IMG/VR virus record: IMGVR_UViG_3300025875_000621
Coordinates: 30,638-94,637 of that record
Reading direction: 5' to 3' (one strand)
Length of the DNA: 64,000 nt
From: a virus
Shown here in pieces: positions 27,369-37,145 of this stretch. Positions within the stretch are counted from its first letter, which is position 1; each line of letters begins with the position of its first letter. Under the pieces are notes generated by a model that made no database searches, was not told where the DNA came from, and saw only the letters and a list, made by a program, of their open reading frames with translations. The position numbers and the translations under genes were made by a program.

Positions 27369-28487
27369 TCAGGTGAGCGGGACGCCGTGGGCGCGGAGCC
27401 ACGGCACGGGGTCTGTGAACTGGCCGTCCAGCTGCACCTCAAAGTGCAGGTGTGGGCCGGTGCTGTCTCCGTAGGAGCCGATGCGGGCGATCTGCTGGCC
27501 GGCCACCACGGGGTCTCCCACGCGGACCATGAGGTCCTGGGGGTACATGTGCGCGGAGCGGGTGAGGACCTGACGGCCCTGCTCATCCCGCCCGTGGTCC
27601 ACCACGATCAGGTTTCCGTAGCCGGTGGAGGGCCCGGACCGGATGACCACGCCGGGCCCGGCCGCGTAGATGGGCTGGCCCAGGCCGGGGGCTATGTCGA
27701 TGCCGTTGTGCATGGTGCCCCAGCGGGGCCCGTACGGGGACGTCATGCGGCCCACGGCGGGCAGGGTCCAGCCCTGCGAGGACGCCCCACCGGCGGGCGG
27801 CAGCGGCGGGTTCGCACCGCAGGGCAGAGCGCCGGCGCCGTCCACCACGGGGGTGGTGATGACCTGCGCTCCGGCCAGGGCGTTCACCACCTGCGTGGCG
27901 GGGCCCCAGTAGCGCGTGTAGTGGTTCGGGTCCGCGTTCCGCTGGACGCGGTGCGCGGCCATGGTGGGCGCCATGGTCTCCCAGCCCTGGACGCTGCGGA
28001 GGCCGGGCTGTCCGCCGCGGCCGCCGGTGAAGAACATGGTGGCGCTGCCGTAGGCGTCCAGGCGTACCTCCCGCGGTCCCCACGGGTCCCGCTGCTGGAA
28101 CCAGCCCAGGGAGTCCGGCCCGGCCAGGTCCCCGTGGTCCACCGCGGTCAGGGTGGACTCCCCCATGGAGACCATGACGCCGATGGTCTGGCCCTGGACG
28201 GAGAACCCGGCGTCCGCTCCGGCCTGGATGATCGCGGCTGCTCCCACCAGCTGGGCGCCGGAGTAGCCGGCCACGGAGCCGGTGGGCACGCCGGACACGG
28301 ACACGGAGACGCTACCGCCAGTGGCAGCGCAGGGGGTCTGCTGGTCCGCGTCATCCTGGGCCATGACGGTCAGGAAGATCAGCAGGAGGATCAGGAAAAA
28401 CACGGGGCTGGCCACCAGCATGGCGCCCAGGGCGGGGAGCGCGTACCGGGCCGCGGCGCTCCTGGTCACGCCTCCTGCGGTGCTCAC
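27369..28487 (-). CDS. M23 peptidase / conjugation cell-wall hydrolase
   Basis: N-terminal TM, MGES...DSLGWFQQR, HNGID, STGPHLHFEV. Confidence 0.9.
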   Translation of the reverse strand: MSTAGGVTRSAAARYALPALGAMLVASPVFFLILLLIFLTVMAQDDADQQTPCAATGGSVSVSVSGVPTGSVAGYSGAQLVGAAAIIQAGADAGFSVQGQTIGVMVSMGESTLTAVDHGDLAGPDSLGWFQQRDPWGPREVRLDAYGSATMFFTGGRGGQPGLRSVQGWETMAPTMAAHRVQRNADPNHYTRYWGPATQVVNALAGAQVITTPVVDGAGALPCGANPPLPPAGGASSQGWTLPAVGRMTSPYGPRWGTMHNGIDIAPGLGQPIYAAGPGVVIRSGPSTGYGNLIVVDHGRDEQGRQVLTRSAHMYPQDLMVRVGDPVVAGQQIARIGSYGDSTGPHLHFEVQLDGQFTDPVPWLRAHGVPLT

Positions 28488-28981
28488 CGGGCCGGTGGGG
28501 TGATGCGCTCCACCCGCCAGGGGCTGGCGCCGTCCTCCCGGACCATCAGCACGGCGTAGGTGCCGCCGTCCGTGTCCACCTGGGCGGTGGCCAGGTACGC
28601 GGAGGGGGAGGTGACCGTGGCGTCCCGCACGGTGCGGGCGGTGATGGTGGTGGGGTCCGTGCCGTACTGCTCTGCCTGGCCGGTGGCGGTGAGGTGCCCG
28701 GCCAGCACCTCATACCAGGTCTGCGGGTCCCGGTCCGGCTGGGCGTAGGCGCGCATGGCGTCCAGGGCCAGCAGGCGGGCGTCCTGCTCCGCGGCCGCAT
28801 CCCAGGTGGGCGCGGGCTGGGGGGTGCCCAGCCCGGCGTGCTCATCTGAGGGCCCGTCCGCGGGGGACGGCGCCGGGACGGTCACGGTGACCGGGGCGGC
28901 AGCGTCCGGTGGGGGCGGGCTGGAGCAGCCGGCCAGGACGGCAGTCGCCAGCAGTGCGGCAGCGGTGGTGGGGTAGCGCAC
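28484..28981 (-). CDS. conjugation-associated lipoprotein
   Basis: lipobox LAGC; GGAGGAGG RBS. Confidence 0.75.
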   Translation of the reverse strand: MRYPTTAAALLATAVLAGCSSPPPPDAAAPVTVTVPAPSPADGPSDEHAGLGTPQPAPTWDAAAEQDARLLALDAMRAYAQPDRDPQTWYEVLAGHLTATGQAEQYGTDPTTITARTVRDATVTSPSAYLATAQVDTDGGTYAVLMVREDGASPWRVERITPPAR

Positions 28982-28994
28982 GGGGTCCTCCTCC

Positions 28995-29053
28995 ATCCCA
29001 GCTAACGGGGCGCACCCATCGAACCACGGAGTGCCACCGTCCGTCACCAGCTG
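28995..29053. promoter_or_regulatory. divergent tra/regulator promoter boxes
   Basis: ATCCCAGCTAACG 28995-29007; CACCGTCCGTCACCAGCTG 29035-29053. Confidence 0.55.
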
Positions 29054-29144
29054 GCGCGGAGACCAGCGCGCCCTGTAGTCAACTAGCGTGGACTCCGGCA
29101 AGAATGGGCCAGCGTCATCAGGGGCGCGGTGAGAGGAGCTGGAC

Positions 29145-29600
29145 GTGGCGGAGCAGGACGACCAGCCGGTACCGCACACCCTGGCGGAGAAGCTGGACCG
29201 CCTGTTCCGCACGGTGCACCCCGCTGGCCGCGGCCCGTACAGCAGTGAGGAGGTGGCCACCGCTCTCCGCACCCAGGAGCTGCCCACCATCTCCGCCACC
29301 TACCTGTGGCAGCTGCGGAACGGGGCGCGGGACAACCCCACGAAGCGGCACCTGGAGGGGCTGGCCACCTTCTTCGGGGTGGACCCCGGGTACTTCTTCG
29401 ACGCGGAGGCCAGTGCGCGGATCACCGCGGAGCTGGAGCTGCTGGCCGCCATGCGGGATCAGGACGTGCGGTCCGTGGCGCTGCGTGCCGCGGACCTGTC
29501 CCCGGAGTCCCTGGCCGCCGTCCGCTGCATGATCGAACACACCCGGCGCCTGGAGGGCCTACCCGCTGAGCCCGGAACCCCCGCGGCTGCGGTGGTCTGA
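29145..29600 (+). CDS. XRE-family HTH regulator, EspR-like
   Basis: LAEKLDRLF.TVHP.GRGP...ISATYLWQLR.G.RDNPT...LA.FFGV...YF. Confidence 0.88.
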   Translation: MAEQDDQPVPHTLAEKLDRLFRTVHPAGRGPYSSEEVATALRTQELPTISATYLWQLRNGARDNPTKRHLEGLATFFGVDPGYFFDAEASARITAELELLAAMRDQDVRSVALRAADLSPESLAAVRCMIEHTRRLEGLPAEPGTPAAAVV

Positions 29601-29613
29601 CCCACCACCCTCC

Positions 29614-29663
29614 CGTACATTCCTGGTGTACGTACACGCACCAGCTGAGGAGCTGAGACCATG
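29614..29663 (+). promoter_or_regulatory. promoter-operator plus extended RBS
   Basis: CGTACA-TTCCTGG-TGTACG then CCAGCTGAGGAGCTGAGACCATG. Confidence 0.7.
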
Positions 29664-29858
29664 AGCGCACCGCAGCGCACCGTGCGGGTGTCCCTGCTGG
29701 GAGGCCCCCTGGACGGGAAGGTGGCGGAGCCCGCCTCCCTGCCGGGGACGAAGGGCCTCCGCATCCGGGGGCAGGTGTACCGGCCCACCGGCCGGGTGGA
29801 CCGGGACGGGCGGCCCATCTACGCGCACGCCAGCGTGAACTGGCCTCCCCGGTCCTGA
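29661..29858 (+). CDS. small hypothetical protein
   Basis: LLGGPLDG motif; strong RBS; followed by a hairpin at 29878-29919. Confidence 0.7.
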   Translation: MSAPQRTVRVSLLGGPLDGKVAEPASLPGTKGLRIRGQVYRPTGRVDRDGRPIYAHASVNWPPRS

Positions 29859-29931
29859 CGGACCCCTCCGCTAGAACAGCGCCCGCCCGCGTGTCGCTCA
29901 GGACACGTAGGCGGGCGCTCTGCATGTCGGT

Positions 29932-29969
29932 TACCCTCCGCAGCAGGCGTATCGCTGGCTGAGGGCCGG
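29932..29969 (+). promoter_or_regulatory. late promoter -10 plus leader hairpin
   Basis: TACCCT 29932-29937; CTGGC-TGAGG-GCCGG 29955-29969. Confidence 0.6.
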
Positions 29970-30005
29970 GCGCGTGGCACCGCACCCCCCTCAGGAGACC
30001 CCGCC

Positions 30006-31778
30006 GTGACCCGTTCCCGGTCCACCACCACCCTGCTGCCCCGCATCCCCCGGGACGTCCCCGGCTACCTGCTGACCGTGTTCACCGCGCCCGTGGCCAC
30101 GGAGCCGTTCCAGGCGCCGGAGGACCTGACCGTCCTCACGGACCAGGAGCTGGCGGACCTGGAGGCCGCGGCGGTCGCCGTCGTGGAGTCCATCGCCGGC
30201 ATGGAGCACCCCACGGACGAGGACGCGGACGAGGCGGAGCGCGTCGCCGGCGTCATCGCCAGCGTGCGTGAGGTCTCCGCCGGCCGGGAGGAGGCCGCGG
30301 AGGCACGCCGGGCCCGCATCAGCGGCGCCCGTGAGCAGGTCGTGGTCCCCGCCGTGGAGGAGCCCCCCGCGGAGGAGGTCGTGGTCCCCAACGACGCTTC
30401 TGAGCTGACGGACCCGGCGCAGGCCGTGGAGCCGCAGCCGGAGGCCGTCACCGCCTCCCCCGCCGCCCCGGCCGCGCGCACCGGTGCCACCGCCGCCACC
30501 CGGGTCCGGGCCGCGGACGTCGGCACGCGTGCGAACGCCGCCACCGCCCCGCAGCGCCGGCCGGTCTCCCTGACCGCCGCCCCGGACGCCCCCGGCGTCA
30601 CCCCGAACAGCACGTTCGACTCCATCCAGGACGTGGCGGACGTCGTGGGCCGCCGGGCCAGCGAGTACCCGGAGACGGTGGTCCCCGGCTCCGCGCGGGT
30701 GAAGATGCGCCACGGCATCGCGATCCTGCGGAAGGACGTGGACGCCAACCTGGTGGCCGCGAACACCACGGACAGCCACGTCCTGGAGTTCGCCGCCCAG
30801 GAGTCCCGGCTGCGCGGTGGGTCCCTGGTGGCCGCCGGCGGCTGGTGCGCCCCCAGCGAGACGCTGTACGACCTGGTGGAGTTGGAGGCCGCGGACGGTC
30901 TCCTGGACCTGCCGGAGATCCAGGTGCGGCGCGGCGGAATCCGGTTCACCCCCGGCCCGTCCTTCTCCGACATCTACTCCGGCGTGGGCCGCGGCTTCTC
31001 CCAGACGGAGGCCCAGGCCATCGCCGGGGACACGAAGCCCTGCTACAAGATCGACTGCCCGGACTTCACGGAGGTGCGCGCCGGGGTGGAGGGGCTGTGC
31101 ATCACCAACTCCATCCTGCAGAACACCGCGTACCCGGAGCTGACCGCCCGCGTGGTCCGCGGCGCCCTGGCCGCGCACGCCCACCGGATCAGCGCCAAGT
31201 CCATCGCGAAGATGGTGGCCGGCTCCACCGTGGTGGCCCCGTTCGCCGCGCAGGGCGGCGGCGTGGCCCCCGTCCTGAACGCCGTGGAGCTGGGCGTGGA
31301 GGACTACCGGTACAAGCACCGCATGCCCCGCGGCGCCACCCTGGAAGCCGTGTTCCCCGCGTGGGTGTTCGGCGCCCTCCGCGCGGACCTGGCGTTCCGC
31401 TCCGGCCTGGACGCCCTGGACGTCACGGACGCCATGATCCGCGCGTGGTTCACCGCCCGCGGCATCGTCCCCCAGTTCGTCTACGACTGGCAGGACACCA
31501 CCCTGGGTGCCGCCACCGCGGCCGCCGCGTGGCCCACCACCCTGCAGTTCATGCTCTACGCGGCCGGCACCTGGGTCCGCGGCATGGGCGAGGTCATCAG
31601 CCTGGACACGGTGTACGACTCCGCCGGCCTGGCCCAGAACGAGTACGTGGGCCTCTTCACGGAGGAGAAGCTGCTGGTGGCGAAGCTGGGCCACGACTCC
31701 CGCCTGTACACGGTGCCGATCAGCGCCAACGGCGTCACCGCCGCCCAGGCCACCATCCCCAGCTCCGCGGCGGCCTGA
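30006..31778 (+). CDS. major capsid protein with N-terminal scaffold region
   Basis: acidic coiled N-terminus, SLVAAGGWCAPSETLYDL, DLPEI..RGGI, QFVYDWQ, DTVYDS...NEY..LFTEE. Confidence 0.9.
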   Translation: MTRSRSTTTLLPRIPRDVPGYLLTVFTAPVATEPFQAPEDLTVLTDQELADLEAAAVAVVESIAGMEHPTDEDADEAERVAGVIASVREVSAGREEAAEARRARISGAREQVVVPAVEEPPAEEVVVPNDASELTDPAQAVEPQPEAVTASPAAPAARTGATAATRVRAADVGTRANAATAPQRRPVSLTAAPDAPGVTPNSTFDSIQDVADVVGRRASEYPETVVPGSARVKMRHGIAILRKDVDANLVAANTTDSHVLEFAAQESRLRGGSLVAAGGWCAPSETLYDLVELEAADGLLDLPEIQVRRGGIRFTPGPSFSDIYSGVGRGFSQTEAQAIAGDTKPCYKIDCPDFTEVRAGVEGLCITNSILQNTAYPELTARVVRGALAAHAHRISAKSIAKMVAGSTVVAPFAAQGGGVAPVLNAVELGVEDYRYKHRMPRGATLEAVFPAWVFGALRADLAFRSGLDALDVTDAMIRAWFTARGIVPQFVYDWQDTTLGAATAAAAWPTTLQFMLYAAGTWVRGMGEVISLDTVYDSAGLAQNEYVGLFTEEKLLVAKLGHDSRLYTVPISANGVTAAQATIPSSAAA

Positions 31779-31808
31779 CCCTTCCCCGGGTCTGACCCAC
31801 CGCCCGTC

Positions 31809-31852
31809 TGACGTGAGGCCGGGGAGCCCACCGGCTCCCCGGCCTCACGTCA
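31809..31852 (+). terminator. 20-bp hairpin after the capsid gene
   Basis: TGACGTGAGGCCGGGGAGCC-cacc-GGCTCCCCGGCCTCACGTCA. Confidence 0.75.
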
Positions 31853-31871
31853 TGGAAGGAGCACCAGCAGC

Positions 31872-32702
31872 ATGACCACCCCCCTGTTCGGCCAGCGGCT
31901 CATCGTGGAGGAGCCCGTCCCGGAGTCCACCGGCTACGGGCTGTACTCCGCGGCCACCGTGGTGGACTCCACGGACAAGCGGGCCTCCATGGGCGTGCAG
32001 TGGGAGTCCAGCTCCTGCGGTGTGGCCGGGACGTACCCGATCAACTGCCCCGGGGACTTCACCCTCCCGCTGACGGACGGCATCCCGTGGGTGGACGCCG
32101 CCCCGTTCGGTGTCGCCGCCGGGCAGCAGTGCAAGCCGGTGGGCGTGGAGCTGGAGCGCATCCAGGAGCTGGCGCAGGTCCGGTTCCAGCTCTCTGAGCA
32201 GTACGCCGTGGAGCGCGCCTACTGGACCGGGGACGTGTTCCCGGACGGTGTGGAGTCCCCGTACCTGACGGACCCCTCCGCGGAGGTCCTGCACGGCACG
32301 GACCCGGTGAAGCCCGCGCACGCCGTGGGCCTGCTGGAGGCGTGGCTGGGCCACCAGTCCGGCGCCGTGGGCGTCATCCACGCGCCCCGCGTCCTGGCCC
32401 CCGTCCTGGCCGGCATGGCGGACTCCGCCGGCGGGAAGCTCCGCACGAAGGTGGGGACCCGGCTGGCGCTGGGCACCGGCTACCTGGGCACCGGCCCCGG
32501 CGGCAGCGCGCCCCCGGCGGACACCGTGTGGGTGTACGCCACCGGCCCCGTGCAGGTGGTCCGCGCGCAGGAGCGCCTGACCCCGCAGAACCCCGCAGAC
32601 GCGCTGGACCGGTCCACCAACGAGGCCCGCGCCCACGCGGTCCGCATCGTGTCCGTGGGGCACGCCTGCGGGCTGGCAGCAGTCCTGGTCACCCTGACCT
32701 GA
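31872..32702 (+). CDS. capsid-associated virion protein
   Basis: YGLYSAA...EQYAVERAYW...GTGY...WVYATG.V; position after the capsid gene. Confidence 0.65.
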   Translation: MTTPLFGQRLIVEEPVPESTGYGLYSAATVVDSTDKRASMGVQWESSSCGVAGTYPINCPGDFTLPLTDGIPWVDAAPFGVAAGQQCKPVGVELERIQELAQVRFQLSEQYAVERAYWTGDVFPDGVESPYLTDPSAEVLHGTDPVKPAHAVGLLEAWLGHQSGAVGVIHAPRVLAPVLAGMADSAGGKLRTKVGTRLALGTGYLGTGPGGSAPPADTVWVYATGPVQVVRAQERLTPQNPADALDRSTNEARAHAVRIVSVGHACGLAAVLVTLT

Positions 32703-32720
32703 CCTGAGAGAGGACCCAGC

Positions 32721-33248
32721 ATGAGCGAGTTCGTCACCGTCTACGTCAAGAACGGCGACCAGCAGGAGACCGCCCGGAAGCTCCTGGACGCCGCGGGCAC
32801 CGACCCGGACTCCGTGGAGACCGTCACCGGCGGCTTCCGCGTCCGTGAGGAGGTGGCCGTGGCCGCCGGCTACGGCCCGGGGGAGGCCACGTCCGTGGAC
32901 AGCGGGAACGTGGAGGGTGACGCGCTCCGCCAGAACGGCGGGACCGTCCACCTCCAGCACGCGATCGACACGGGGGAGGTGCCGGAGGACGCCATGCCGG
33001 CCACCACCCTCACGGACGCCGTGCAGCAGACCGTGGAGCGTGGCGCGCAGCAGGCCGTGGAGCCCCCGGCCATGAACCCGGACGGGGACACCCCGGCCGC
33101 GCCGCCCACCCTCCCGGAGCCCGCGGAGCTGCGCGGGGAGGCGCTGGACCAGGCCCTCCGGGACGCCAACCTGTCCACGGACGGCCGGGCGGACGAGAAG
33201 CGGGCCCGCCTGGCGGAGTTCCGTGCCACCCAGGCGGCGAACGCCTGA
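32721..33248 (+). CDS. acidic protein with C-terminal SAP/HeH-like motif
   Basis: LDQALRDANLSTDGRADEKRARL. Confidence 0.6.
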   Translation: MSEFVTVYVKNGDQQETARKLLDAAGTDPDSVETVTGGFRVREEVAVAAGYGPGEATSVDSGNVEGDALRQNGGTVHLQHAIDTGEVPEDAMPATTLTDAVQQTVERGAQQAVEPPAMNPDGDTPAAPPTLPEPAELRGEALDQALRDANLSTDGRADEKRARLAEFRATQAANA

Positions 33249-33266
33249 CCCCGTAGCACCACCCCT

Positions 33267-33302
33267 GCGGCCCAGGTCCCCCAACCCGGGGACCTGGGCC
33301 GC
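33267..33302 (+). terminator. hairpin terminator
   Basis: GCGGCCCAGGTCCCC-caaccc-GGGGACCTGGGCCGC. Confidence 0.7.
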
Positions 33303-33330
33303 CCCCACTCCTGCACTCAGAGGACAGCCC

Positions 33331-33777
33331 GTGCGTCTCCTGCCCCCCACCCCACCAGGGCACATGTACCCCCGCGTCACGTCAGCGCGTGTCCTGGCGT
33401 CCCTGTTCAACCTGGCCGTGGGTGTCCGGCTGCTCATGCCGGACACCATCCTGGACAACCCCGCGAACCCGTCCTACCGGCTGGCGTCCGTGCACTTCCT
33501 GGGGGACGTGCCACTGGGCGTGGGCCTGCTGGTCTACGGCGCCGCCATGGTGGCCAGCCTGTACACGGACCGCTGGGAGGTGGTCCCCAGCGTGGCCACC
33601 TGGCTGTCCCTGGTGACCTGGCTCCTGTTCGCCGTGGACCTGGCGCTGGTGAACATCTCCCAGCTGGGCACCCTGGTGTACCTCCTGGTCGCGGCGCTCA
33701 ACGGGTTCGCCTACTGGCACCTGCTGCTGTGGCACCGGAACATGCAGGACAACGCACGCCAGGCGGCCGCACTGTGA
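33331..33777 (+). CDS. 4-TM membrane protein
   Basis: four hydrophobic segments; GAGGA RBS. Confidence 0.7.
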   Translation: MRLLPPTPPGHMYPRVTSARVLASLFNLAVGVRLLMPDTILDNPANPSYRLASVHFLGDVPLGVGLLVYGAAMVASLYTDRWEVVPSVATWLSLVTWLLFAVDLALVNISQLGTLVYLLVAALNGFAYWHLLLWHRNMQDNARQAAAL

Positions 33778-34313
33778 CGGTGGAGAGCTGGGTGGCGCTG
33801 ATCGTGGCCGTGGCCGGCGCCATAGGGCTCCGGGAGCTGATCGCCTACCGGATGAAGCGCCGGGACGACCAGTCAGACGTGCGGCACGCGGAGCAGACGA
33901 AGCGCAGCAACGAACTGTCCGTGGTGGAGGCGGGTGCGAACGCCGCGATCCTGCAGACCCTGCTGACGGAGATGCGCGGCCGCATCGACTCCTACGAGGC
34001 GTCCATCCGGGACATGCGGGACATGCACGTGAAGGACATGGCGGAGGTGAAGGCGGAGAACAGGCAGCTGGACCGGCAGGTGCAGGACCTGCGCGCCTCC
34101 CTGCGGGACTACCAGCTGGGCAACCGGGTGCCCCGCGGTCAGGTCCTCCTGCCGCTGCGGGAGGTGCGGCGGCTCCGGGAGAAGTACGCCGGCGCCCTGG
34201 ACGCCTCCTGGTACCCCGGTGAGGACCTGGACCCGGAGGACCCCGCGTCCTCCATCGTGGCCCGCATCACGCCCATGCAGCAGCAGGGCCCGGAGCAGAG
34301 GGTGCAGGAGTGA
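33774..34313 (+). CDS. membrane-anchored coiled-coil protein
   Basis: N-terminal TM then heptads; GTGA coupling. Confidence 0.7.
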   Translation: MTVESWVALIVAVAGAIGLRELIAYRMKRRDDQSDVRHAEQTKRSNELSVVEAGANAAILQTLLTEMRGRIDSYEASIRDMRDMHVKDMAEVKAENRQLDRQVQDLRASLRDYQLGNRVPRGQVLLPLREVRRLREKYAGALDASWYPGEDLDPEDPASSIVARITPMQQQGPEQRVQE

Positions 34314-34702
34314 GCAGCGCAGCAGGTGAGCATGAGGACCACCTGGACACCATCCGGGAGCTGATGGACCGGCTGGACGTGGTGGACAGCCTGTTCACGG
34401 AGGACCGGCTGGCCCGGGACCTGGCGGAGAGGCTGGCGGACGCGGCCGCGGACGCCGCGGAGGACGCGGCGGAGACCGCGCACACGAACAGGCGGCTGCT
34501 GACCGGCATCGCCGCCGTCCTCACCACGGGCCTGCTGCTGTGGACCCCGGTGGTGGCCTACGGTGCCGTCTGGGGCCACGAACGGGTGCGGAACACCTGC
34601 TACCCGGCCGCGGGCGCCCAGCAGGAGACCGTGGAGGACCCGTACTGGTACTGCGGCATCTTCCCTGGCACCGGCCGGCCGGACCCCGCACGCCACCCGT
34701 AG
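34310..34702 (+). CDS. single-TM protein
   Basis: central hydrophobic helix; coupled. Confidence 0.6.
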   Translation: MSSAAGEHEDHLDTIRELMDRLDVVDSLFTEDRLARDLAERLADAAADAAEDAAETAHTNRRLLTGIAAVLTTGLLLWTPVVAYGAVWGHERVRNTCYPAAGAQQETVEDPYWYCGIFPGTGRPDPARHP

Positions 34703-34743
34703 CCGCACCGCCCGCCTGAACGGCTCCGGCCCCCCTCAGGCGG

Positions 34744-34782
34744 TACCCTCCGGATCGAAACACGCTGCTGGCCGCGGGCCGG
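34744..34782 (+). promoter_or_regulatory. late promoter -10 plus leader hairpin
   Basis: TACCCT 34744-34749; CTGGC-CGCGG-GCCGG 34768-34782. Confidence 0.6.
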
Positions 34783-34815
34783 GCGCTCGCAACCTGAGAC
34801 GCCCAGGAGCATCCC

Positions 34816-35508
34816 GTGGCAGCTGGTAAGACCTTCGCCCCGATCCGCGGCCGCCGCATGCGGATCACCCGTCTGGACGAGTGCGGCGCCCCCGTGGTGG
34901 GGCCCACCTCCGTCCGCGTGTCCAAGGGCTTCGTGACCGTGGGCCTCAGCCCGCAGTACGAGGACGCGGACGCGATCAGCGTGACGAACGCCGCGGGGGA
35001 GGTGGACTTCAACGAGCAGGGTGACTCCACCCTCACCTCCATGCAGGCGGAAGTGGCGTTCACGCGCGTGGACCCGGACCTCATCTCCCTCATCACCGGC
35101 AGCCAGACCGTGGTGGACAAGGCCGCCGCCGCGGTCGGCTTCCGCATGTCCGGCGGCGCTCCCATCCTGGGCGGCTGGGCGCTGGAGGTGTGGTCCGACC
35201 TGGGTGGTCAGGCGTGCGCCGGCGGCCGCTCCTACGGCTACTTCCTGCTCCCGTTCCTGCGCGGCGGGAAGCTGGGGGACTTCACCATCGAGAACGGGGC
35301 GGCCAGCTTCTCCGTCACGTCCAACACCCGGGAGGGCAGCCAGTGGGGCGTGGGGCCCTACGACGTGGCGCTCACCGGCGGCACCGCGGAGGCCCCGGTC
35401 CCCGGTCCGCTGCTTGCTGAGGTGGGGGAGCGGGACCACTTCCACATGGAGGCCGTCCAGGTGGCCCCGCCGGCGGAGACCGCCGGGCTGGTCGCACTCG
35501 CCGCCTGA
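34816..35508 (+). CDS. major tail protein
   Basis: IRGRRMRITRLDECG...SKGFV...ALEVW...YGYFLLPF...WGVGPY. Confidence 0.85.
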   Translation: MAAGKTFAPIRGRRMRITRLDECGAPVVGPTSVRVSKGFVTVGLSPQYEDADAISVTNAAGEVDFNEQGDSTLTSMQAEVAFTRVDPDLISLITGSQTVVDKAAAAVGFRMSGGAPILGGWALEVWSDLGGQACAGGRSYGYFLLPFLRGGKLGDFTIENGAASFSVTSNTREGSQWGVGPYDVALTGGTAEAPVPGPLLAEVGERDHFHMEAVQVAPPAETAGLVALAA

Positions 35509-35510
35509 CC

Positions 35511-36263
35511 GTGACCGCCCCCGCACCCCAGGTGCCTCCTGGCTGGGCCCCGGACGTCTCCGCGTTCGGGGCCCAGTGGGATGCCCTGCCCGCTGAGGTG
35601 CAGGCGGCGGCGGCGTCCTGGGCGGCGCGGTCTCTCTGGGCGCTGTCCGGGCGCCGGTTCGGGACCAGTGAGCTGGTGGTGGCGCCATTCATCACCCCGC
35701 CGCGGCCCAGCTTCTACGACCCGCGGGGCGGCCGGTACGCGGTCAGCACCGCCGGGGTGTCCGGCGGCCTGGCCGGGTGCGCCGCGCAGCGTGCGTTCCG
35801 GCTGCCGTGGGGGCCAGTGAAGGAGGTGGCGCTGGTCATCCTGGACGGGGTGGCCATGCCGGGGGACCGGTGGCTGCTGGACCCGGACGGCACCCTGGTG
35901 CGCACGGACGGCGGGGGGTGGCCCGTGGCTCAGGACGTGTACGCGCCCCGGTGGACCGTGCAGTACACCCGCGGGCAGGAGGCGCCACGGGACGCCAACC
36001 TGGCGGCCGGCCGGTACGCGCTGGAGCTGGCCAAGGCGATGACGGCGGACGCGTCCTGCAAGCTGCCGTCCCGCACGCGGGACGTGGCCCGGCAGGGCAT
36101 CGGCCTGTCCCTGGCCGCACCTGAGGACCTGGCGGACGCCGGGCTGACCGGTGTGACGCTGGTGGACCAGTGGCTGCGGGCGGTGAACCCCGCGGGCCTG
36201 CCGGAGGCGCCCAGCTTCTGGAGCCCGTCCGCGGCCCGTCACCGCGTGCTGGCCGTCCTGTGA
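35511..36263 (+). CDS. head-to-tail adaptor
   Basis: LWALSGRRFG...ELAKA...CKLP...RQG...TG...VDQWL..VNP. Confidence 0.8.
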   Translation: MTAPAPQVPPGWAPDVSAFGAQWDALPAEVQAAAASWAARSLWALSGRRFGTSELVVAPFITPPRPSFYDPRGGRYAVSTAGVSGGLAGCAAQRAFRLPWGPVKEVALVILDGVAMPGDRWLLDPDGTLVRTDGGGWPVAQDVYAPRWTVQYTRGQEAPRDANLAAGRYALELAKAMTADASCKLPSRTRDVARQGIGLSLAAPEDLADAGLTGVTLVDQWLRAVNPAGLPEAPSFWSPSAARHRVLAVL

Positions 36264-36814
36264 GCACCACCCTGTGCGTCACGCAGTCCACCGTGGCGGA
36301 CCCAGTGGCCGCGCCCGTCCTGGCCGCGGTCCTGGACTGCGTGCTGGACCTGTACGACGAGCTCCAGCCACAGGGCATCACCACACCCTGCGCGGCCGCC
36401 GTGGTGTCCGGTGGCGCGCCGGCGCTGGACCGGGGGATGGACCAGGCGGACGGCTGCTGCGGGCAGCTGTGGGTGCGGCTGGTCAGCCTCTACCCCTCCG
36501 CCGCGTTCCCGGAGCAGGACGCCCTCCCCCGCGCGCTGGAGGACATGGCGTGGGCCGTGGTCCTGGAGGTGGGCGTGGTCCGGCCGGCGCCGGTCATCCA
36601 GGAGGTGGCCGGGGAGGCGGTGCTGCCGCCCATGGAGGAGGAGCAGGAAGCCGCAGCCGTGGCGGTCACTGATGCCGCGATCATCCGGCAGGCGTTGATG
36701 AGCAACTACGCGCAGGACCAGGACGTGGCCGTGGTCCTGGGCGCGTACCCCCCCCTGGGCCCTGACGGCGGGATCGTCGGCGGGGCCACCACTGTCACTG
36801 TCCAGGTCGTGTGA
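36260..36814 (+). CDS. neck / tail terminator protein
   Basis: CGQLWVRL...YPS..FP...LEVGVVR...P.GP.GG..GG. Confidence 0.7.
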   Translation: MSTTLCVTQSTVADPVAAPVLAAVLDCVLDLYDELQPQGITTPCAAAVVSGGAPALDRGMDQADGCCGQLWVRLVSLYPSAAFPEQDALPRALEDMAWAVVLEVGVVRPAPVIQEVAGEAVLPPMEEEQEAAAVAVTDAAIIRQALMSNYAQDQDVAVVLGAYPPLGPDGGIVGGATTVTVQVV

Positions 36815-36824
36815 GGAGAACCCC

Positions 36825-37142
36825 GTGGCTGATGTGCGCGTGCGCTGTGAGACCCCGATGCTGGGCCTGGCCTGGGGGGCGGAGGTCACCCTGACCCGCA
36901 CCCCCCTGGTGGAGGCCGCGCTGGCGGAAGGGCGCTTCACCCTGCTGGACGCGGAGGGTGAGGAGAAGCCGCTGGCCGGTGCGGCACTGGACCAGGCCCT
37001 GCGGGACGCGGACCTGTCCACCGCGGGGACGGCTGCGCAGAAGCGTGCCCGGCTGACGGAGTGGCAGGACGCTCAGGCCGCAGCCGCAGCTGGCCCGGAG
37101 ACGTCTGTGCAGGATCGCACGGACGGTCCCGCGGCGGACTGA
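36825..37142 (+). CDS. small protein with SAP/HeH-like motif
   Basis: LDQALRDADLSTAGTAAQKRARL. Confidence 0.6.
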   Translation: MADVRVRCETPMLGLAWGAEVTLTRTPLVEAALAEGRFTLLDAEGEEKPLAGAALDQALRDADLSTAGTAAQKRARLTEWQDAQAAAAAGPETSVQDRTDGPAAD

Positions 37143-37145
37143 CCG

